Assembly: GCA_030141605.1 (NCBI GenBank)
Contig: JAQGDQ010000829.1
Coordinates: 18,949-82,948, forward strand
Direction: 5' to 3'
DNA: 64,000 nt
From: Tubiluchus corallicola
Lineage: Eukaryota > Animalia > Priapulida
In this document: in pieces, positions 56,516 to 64,000 of the stretch
Layout: each line of letters starts with the position of its first letter
Position numbering within the stretch: position 1 is the stretch's first letter
Translations under genes and position numbers: made by a program
Notes under the pieces: model-generated
The model's input: only the letters and a program-made list of their open reading frames with translations
The model's database searches: none
Told to the model about the DNA's origin: nothing

Positions 56516-58147
56516 GTAATCAAAATTTCTATCAGTATCCATCCTCACAGTAGTTGCAAAACAGTGGTGTTAGCTTAATCAAGTTATCTTAATTTTACAT
56601 ATTATTAACAAATAATAGTCTTTCTATCTTTTATATCATCTCATATATGAGCTTCATTCATTACATCATTCCATTTTAAGCACTAATATTTTTTTATCAC
56701 GATTCACTTTAAAATTTCAGATTATCTCCATTATTTTGATTCTATCACTGTGTGGGACAATCTAACAAGCCCTGCTTTTTGATTGCCCGCAACACGTTTA
56801 CCTTCGTGTATAAATGAACAGTGTTTGAGGCTTTTCCTGTGCAGTATTTCTTATTTGTATTATATCCATTGTAGGCCCTTTCACTAGATATTGTACATGA
56901 AACTAATGTAAATGTGTAAGGTGAAATAAATGACTTATGACTTTGGTCACAATAAATAACATAAACAGGCATGCAAAGCAGTTGTAAAATTTACCTCCCA
57001 AATTTCGTTAATCATGTTTCTAGAACGGTTTGATCGTTGGAAATAAATATTATTTAAACTACTCTAATTTCTACGTTTGCACGTTTTTGTTAAATGGTAA
57101 TGTTTTCAGAATTTTTATCATGATAATCACTTTATGACTATAATTACATACCTACACACAATATATATATATACGTCTGTTTGGTACTTTATTGATACAT
57201 TGCCCCTAGTTTTCTTCATTTTTGTTACATCGCGTATTTAAGCAGCAGTACTGTAACACTTAACGCAAACGTGCTTAACGCGCAAGGGAAGACGCCTGCC
57301 GTTGCACAAAATGTTGTTAGTTTCTGACGTAAGCAATAGCCGTTAATTAACCTTCTAAGCTAATTATTCAAATGTAAGGAACAATTGCTAACTTTTATAG
57401 GCAAGAAAATGTATATTTTGGACAGTAAATTAAAATGAGACTGAGTCTAAACAATCGTCCAGTTTTCGTTTAAGTGGTAAATACATTTCATAGTTGTACA
57501 ACTATAATGGAAACTAATTGAACACTAGCAGAATGTAAGCAGTCATTAAAATCATTACGTAGGTTAACATATTTTAATGTAATCATCATAATGGACGATT
57601 CTCTTACTTCTTCTCTCACAAACTCTTGTGCTCTACCAGCCACTATATGTGTTCCAGAAAATTTTTCCCGTTATGCTTAATAGTCCCACAACTGCCAAGG
57701 AAATAATTGCTAATAGTTATTTCACCCAAGGATACGCGCATTTTATCGAGATTTTCTATGAAAGAATAAACGTTGTTATGGCAGTACTGGCTTTCTATGA
57801 AAAAAGTCAGCTGTTGGACAAATTGTTGTAAACTCATTATTTTTTACCTAGTTACATGGCCAAAAATTATTTTCCAATGCTTGAGGGTTAGTGCAAGCTT
57901 AAACATGAAAACACGATACCCAAATGTGGGCTGAGAACCTCGGTCATATTTATAAATACCACGACAGAGAACCACAATAATACACAAATACTACACATAC
58001 AAAACCAGGCTACAGATTTGATACTGAAGCCAAAATGTGGTATCAAAATCATGATTTGGGGCTCTATATTTAAACGAAGTGCCACTATAGCTGGAACTAT
58101 TAAACTGATTCCTTGCCTTCATAATCAGCATTATCTATTCAAACATG

Positions 58148-58673
58148 GTTGGCATCCTTCTGTCTCGGAAGACAATGGAGTGTGTGCGCCAAGAGAGTCA
58201 GTTATTGTCTTATTGATCACATTGATGGAGCTGCAGTGTCGACTGTGGCTGAGCAGTGCGATCCTTGAACGTCTCCAGGGCACACGCCTGGCCAAGGTGT
58301 ATGGAGATCCTGAGTTGCCCAGACAACAGGAACCCCTCTCTTCCTCCCTGGTGTAGTCCAAAGGAAAGCGGAGCGATACGTTTGGCGCCAGGTTGGCTGT
58401 AGGAGCTGCCGGAGTCAGTGAGCATGCTGGTCCGCCTTCGGGGCTCCACTCCTGGTTTGAAAGGTTTACTCCTCTACACATGGCCGTTGGTCACTTGACC
58501 TCCTCTGCCCTCTAGCCGTTGGCTGCCTTGTGCAGCTCCTCCGCCTAGTGTCGAGATACAGTGTGGGCATCCCGCAAGCCTACAGCACCTGGTATTCCTA
58601 GGCGGTCACCCATCCAAGTACTAACCAGGCTCTACGTTGGTACCGGCGTTTTCAACGTGATTTGGCCGTAGTC
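58148..58673 (-). mobile_element. 5S rRNA-derived SINE candidate (SINE3-type): 5S head 58673-58576 with internal deletion plus ~430-bp GC-rich body
   Basis: Minus strand: GACTACGGCCAAATCACGTTGAAAACGCCGGT--CAACGTAGAGCCTGGTTAGTACTTGGATGGGTGACCGCCTAGGAATACCAGGTGCTGTAGGCTT, a clear match to animal 5S lacking ~22 nt. No T-run terminator; the body ends ...CTCCATTGTCTTCCGAGACAGAAGGATGCCAAC. Confidence 0.8.
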
Positions 58674-59228
58674 AAGCATACTGATCGAATAAAGTGCTAC
58701 AAGGCCTATTTCAATGCGTCAATTACTTATCAAGGAGTAGATAAAATAATAACTAATATGATTAGTCAAAGTCAAACGTAAGAGCTAAGTCCACATTGGC
58801 ATCCACATTGGAAACATGAAAACACGATACATGAGCATCAAAGTTAATCTATTGTCTATTATGCTGTTGTGCAATGTAAGTGAAAGTCTACTTTTGGGGT
58901 ATAAAACAAATCTGAATCTAAATGTGAGTCATTTAAATGTTATTTATTGCTGTTGTAACTGTATTTTGAGTATGAATTATATGTTTGGAATAAATGATAA
59001 ATCAAAATCGAGAATCAGTCTCTCTCTTACTCACTCTCACTCTCCCTCTCGCTTTCTGTCTCAGTTCTCTCGTTGTTTATCTCTTTCCTTGCAACCTCTT
59101 TAGTGCTTCCTTGCCTCCAGCTCTCTCCTGCCATTCTCTGTTTTAGTCATTGGTACTAAGGAAGAATATTTCAGTTACGCCTCTGTAGCTTTACAAAAAT
59201 AAACGTAAAGTGTTTTGTGTAGGACAGC

Positions 59229-59291
<63 letters not shown>

Positions 59292-59304
59292 CAACAACAA
59301 CAAC

Positions 59305-59343
<39 letters not shown>

Positions 59344-60373
59344 CTTTTTATTTATCTTGTAACAGACGCACAGTTATAATGCAATTAATTTGGAAACAAA
59401 AATGTGAAGAAAGGGCAGCGAAAGACCAATTGGTCATTTAGTCAGCTGCCCTTTGGTTAGTGATGAACATTTTTTTATAGGCGCTATGCTACAGTGTGTT
59501 AGTGTTAGTACTGCTTATAATAAAAATTAATTATTACGAATGACATTGATATGCTTATAACGTGTTAGTACAATTCATACACAGTAATAATAACCGCATA
59601 ATAAAAAAAATCAAACTGAAAATAACTGAAATAAAACTGAACTGAAATAAGAACTGAAACAAAAACAACAACTGAAATAAAAATCTGACAACAGAAACAT
59701 AATAACAATGGCAACTGAAATATACTTTATAACACAAGCAAAGCTGATGGAGTTTTTAAACTGATCGAAGTTGTCCAAACTAAATCCAATGAATAATGCA
59801 TATTAATTTGGGAGGTGTGAATATGACTGCATGTTCAATTTTAATAAGGAGTTCTGCTTTACAGTAGGTATCTGGCATCCTCTCGTTGTACATGTAATTT
59901 ATAAACAAGCTAACAATTAGTAGCCAACATGTAGCCAACAACGTCAAATTTGAATGAAAAATCAAATCAAAAATGGAAAAAAACTACAAGGTAGTTTACG
60001 TACAGTCAGCCACAACTCTTCACTGTTTCTTGACAGTAAATTTTAGTTGCAATTTGTGAAATTACAAAATGTGAAACACCTTCCAATTTTTGAAAGCGTG
60101 TGCGTTTGGTGCGTTTAGGAAAATTGTTTGCTGGCTGTTTGATCACAAATGGGCCAAAATTGGCTAATTTTGGCCACGTCACCAGGCTTGATTGTCCCGC
60201 TAAATACTTGATTCGGCAGTGCTCGTGAAACTCCGTAAAGGCCATGCGAAACACTGATTTATTTAACTCTGTAGTTATGACAACAGCCATGACAACAAAC
60301 TCCGTCTGTTTATGATGTCTTTTACAGTGGTAGGCGGATAACCGGTTTGCCGAACACTGTGGTCCTCTCCATT

Positions 60374-61938
60374 ATGCCTCTACACGCTGGACCACTTCTG
60401 TTTTTGATGTTTCTTGCTACATTAAATCACATAGGTAAGTCTTATTCTATTTAATCTTATGTCTAGCAAGTGACAGTATGTTCTCCGCAGTTCCAAGCTA
60501 TAGGAGGAAGAAAAAGTATGTCCCAAAAGACTTTCCCTAGTTCCAAGCTATAAGAGGAAGAAAAAGTATGTCCCAAAAGACTTTCCCTAGTTCCAAGCTA
60601 TAAGAGGAAGAAAAAGTATGTCCCAAAAGACTTTCCCTAGTTCCAAGCTATAAGAGGGAGAAAAAGTATGTCCCAAAAGACTTTCCCTAGTTCCAAGCTA
60701 TAAGAGGAAGAAAAAGTATGTCCCAAAAGACTTTCCCTGGTTCCAAGCTATAAGAGGAAGAAAAAGTATGTCCCAAAAGACTTTCCCTAGTTCCAAGCTA
60801 TAAGAGGAAGAAAAAGTATGTCCCAAAAGACTTTCCCTGGTTCCAAGCTATAAGAGGAAGAAAAAGTATGTCCCAAAAGACTTTCCCTAGTTCCAAGCTA
60901 TAAGAGGAAGAAAAAGTATGTCCCAAAAGACTTTCCCTGGTTCCAAGCTATAAGAGGGAGAAAAAGTATGTCCCAAAAGACTTTCCCTAGTTCCAAGCTA
61001 TAAGAGGAAGAAAAAGTATGTCCCAAAAGACTTTCCCTAGTTCCAAGCTATAAGAGGAAGAAAAAGTATGTCCCAAAAGACTTTCCCTAGTTCCAAGCTA
61101 TAAGAGGAAGAAAAAGTATGTCCCAAAAGACTTTCCCTAGTTCCAAGCTATAAGAGGAAGAAAAAGTATGTCCCAAAAGACTTTCCCTGGTTCCAAGCTA
61201 TAAGAGAAAGGAAAAGTATGTCCCAAAAGACATTCCCTAGTTCCAAGCTATAAGAGGAAGAAAAAGTATGTCCCAAAAAACTTTCCTTACAAAATTACAT
61301 TACCTAGTGTTACATCTAGCTATTTAAAACAAATAATTATCTAATTGAAAAAGAAAATTCTTAATAATTTAAAATGTTCGTGTCAATAGCTAAAACGTCA
61401 CAGCTTCATCATTCCCAATGTGCAACACTGGCTCACCCTAGACACATTATTAATCTTACTGACAAGATGTGAGCAACTGAAAAATACGACTTCAAAGATC
61501 CCTGCCTGGTTGTTTTTGGCTAGAGATAACATTATTGTGAATTTCTGTTAGTAACAATGCAATCTTTGCTGCTGCTTTATATTTTTTCAAACCTATAGAA
61601 CACTTTTTTAATTAAAATGTTATGTAATTATTGTTTACAGTGAGCCCTCTTGATTGCTTCACATGTGAGTTTTTGGAAACTACTTCCTACTGCAGGACTC
61701 TTGCTCACATAGATAAGGATCACTTCAGAAAAACTTTACATGCAGTCTTTCGTTTTCCCTCGTACGGCACTGTGACAGGAAAGGCTGGCTGTGGGAGTTG
61801 CTCATTGACAAAATTTACTAGAGGTATCGTGTATTTGGCTAGTTATAACAGATTTTATACTTGCTATTATATTAAAGACATGTTACAGCTGTTGTAGATT
61901 AATTATATGGTTGTCGTTGTCACTGTTGCTGTTGTTGT

Positions 61939-61971
<33 letters not shown>

Positions 61972-64000
61972 AGTCATTGCTCTTCCTATTCCTGCTGCTG
62001 TTGCTATTGCTGTTGTCAGAAATATGTTCTTTGCCAACAGACTTGCGTTGCATCCCCGCACATTTGCATTGCTTTTACAGCTGTATCTGCCTGTCTATCT
62101 GAAATTTTTCCTCAAACACTTGAAGACTATATTAAGGCATACCCGTAAATAAAAAGAATATCGGGAATTTTCTTTAATAGTAATAGATCATTAATTATAC
62201 TGTTGCCATTGTCACTGTCGCAGTCACTGCAAATGACGCTGATGCTTTTGCTGCTGCTGCTGCTTTTGTTATTGTTGTTGTTGTTGTTGTTGTTGCTGCT
62301 GCTGCTGCTTTTGTTATTGTTGTTGTTGTTGGTTGTTATGATGTTGTTGCTGTTGTTGTTGGTTATTGTTGCTCCTACTGCTGCTGCTGTTGTTATTGTT
62401 GTTTTTTGTTGTTAGTTGTTGTTGCTGCTGCTGTTGCTGTGGTCATTGCGCTTCCTACTCCTGCTGCTGTTGCTATTGCTTTTGTAGGAAATATATGTTC
62501 TTTGCCAACACACTTGCATTGCTTTTACAGTTGTATCTACCTGTCTATCTTAAATTACCTCAAAGACTTTTTAGCGCACTTTATGTTAAGGCATACCCGT
62601 AAATGAAAAGAATATCGGGAATTTTGTTTAATAATAGTGAAGAGGGGTTTAGTACTTTCTTAACTTGTTGATGAAATGAATCCATAAATTAATTAAACTT
62701 GCATGATGAAACAAAAGTCCATAAGTCCAATGTAACATAAGTGTGATCATATAGTATATTTTTATTACAAATTAAAGAGTCAGCATGATGAAACAAAAGT
62801 CCATAAGTCCAATGTAACATAAGTGTGATCATATAGTATATTTTTACTACAAATTAAAGAGTCAGCATGATGTATTAAAAGTCCATAAGTCCAATGTAAC
62901 ATAAGTGTGATCATGTAGTATATTTTTATTACAAATGAAAGAGTCAGCATGATGTAATAAAAGTCCATAAGTCCAATGTAACATAAGTGTGATCATATAG
63001 TATATTTTTACTACAAATTAAAGAGTCAGCATGATGTATTAAAAGTCCATAAGTCCAATGTAACATAAGTGTGATCATATAGTATATTTTTACTACAAAT
63101 TAAAGAGTCAGCATGATGTAATAAAAGTCCATAAGTCCAATGTAACATAAGTGTGATCATATAGTATATTTTTACTACAAATTAAAGAGTCAGCATGATG
63201 TAATAAAAGTCCATAAGTCCAATGTAACATAAGTGTGATCATATAGTATATTTTTACTACAAATTAAAGAGTCAGCATGATGTATTAAAAGTCCATAAGT
63301 CCAATGTAACATAAGTGTGATCATGTAGTATATTTTTATTACAAATTAAAGAGTCAGCATGATGAAACAAAAGTCCATAAGTCCAATGTAACATAAGTGT
63401 GATCATATAGTATATTTTTACTACAAATTAAAGAGTCAGCATGATGTATTAAAAGTCCATAAGTCCAATGTAACATAAGTGTGATCATGTAGTATATTTT
63501 TATTACAAATTAAAGAGTCAGCATGATGTAATAAAAGTCCATAAGTCCAATGTAACATAAGTGTGATCATATAGTATATTTTTACTACAAATTAAAGAGT
63601 CAGCATGATGTAATAAAAGTCTATAAGTCCAATGTAACATAAGTGTGATCGTACAGTGTATTTTAGCTACAAAGTAAAGGGTCATGAAGAGTTGTTAAGG
63701 TCTTAAGGACACGCGTCTTGTTCAGAAACTGTCAACTGTAACTCGTGTAGGTATTTATATGTCGTTTGCTGTTACCATGGTTAGTCCACTAAGTTTACAC
63801 TTAAGCTCATAACTAAAGATAACTCTTACATAACAGTGTCAAAATGAATTTGTCCTCTGATTGATCAGAGGCGGTGCCGACTCTGAGCTCGATGACCTGC
63901 TAGTCCTTAAGCATTAGAGGCTGTCAATTGCTTGTAAGCTATCTCAGGATGCATAACTTGACAGTGGGCTAGAGTCTTTCCATTCTATTACTTAATTTAC
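60374..64000 (+). CDS. Ly6/uPAR long-loop gene F, partial (exons 1-2; exon 3 expected just past window end); near-identical paralog of gene E
   Basis: Exons 60374-60434 and 61641-61823 match gene E. The window ends in ccattctattacttaatttac, which in gene E lies ~50 nt upstream of the exon 3 acceptor. Confidence 0.85.
60489..61287. repeat. 50-bp minisatellite, 16 copies, in gene F intron 1 (2 copies in gene E, 52648-52747)
   Basis: agttccaagctataagaggaagaaaaagtatgtcccaaaagactttccct, period 50. Confidence 0.97.
62700..63660. repeat. 82-bp minisatellite in gene F intron 2
   Basis: Same unit as 54180-54975, ~11-12 copies. Confidence 0.95.

Noticed and set aside
58576-58673. Functional 5S rRNA gene
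   Set aside because: Internal deletion of ~22 nt, no terminator, single copy fused to a SINE-like body

Overview
AT-rich, intron-containing animal (invertebrate-type) genomic DNA; no prokaryotic features. Reading splice sites by hand shows a tandem, same-strand (+) cluster of three-exon Ly6/uPAR three-finger (quiver/sleepless-like) genes with signal peptides and GPI-type tails, which the ORF track shows only as fragments. There are five complete genes (19673-22733, 27184-30932, 36919-39873, 42404-49180, 52533-55759), a sixth truncated by the window end (from 60374), and an orphan signal-peptide exon at 11140. The genes form two subfamilies: short, and long-loop with a 32-aa C3-C4 segment. The two most recent paralog pairs differ almost only by amino-acid-changing substitutions in the mature domain. 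The window also has a ~1215-aa low-complexity ORF on the minus strand, a 5S-rRNA-derived SINE candidate, several MITEs (two with empty paralogous sites), LINE remnants and many intronic minisatellites. All counts and alignments were made by eye, and no database searches were run.
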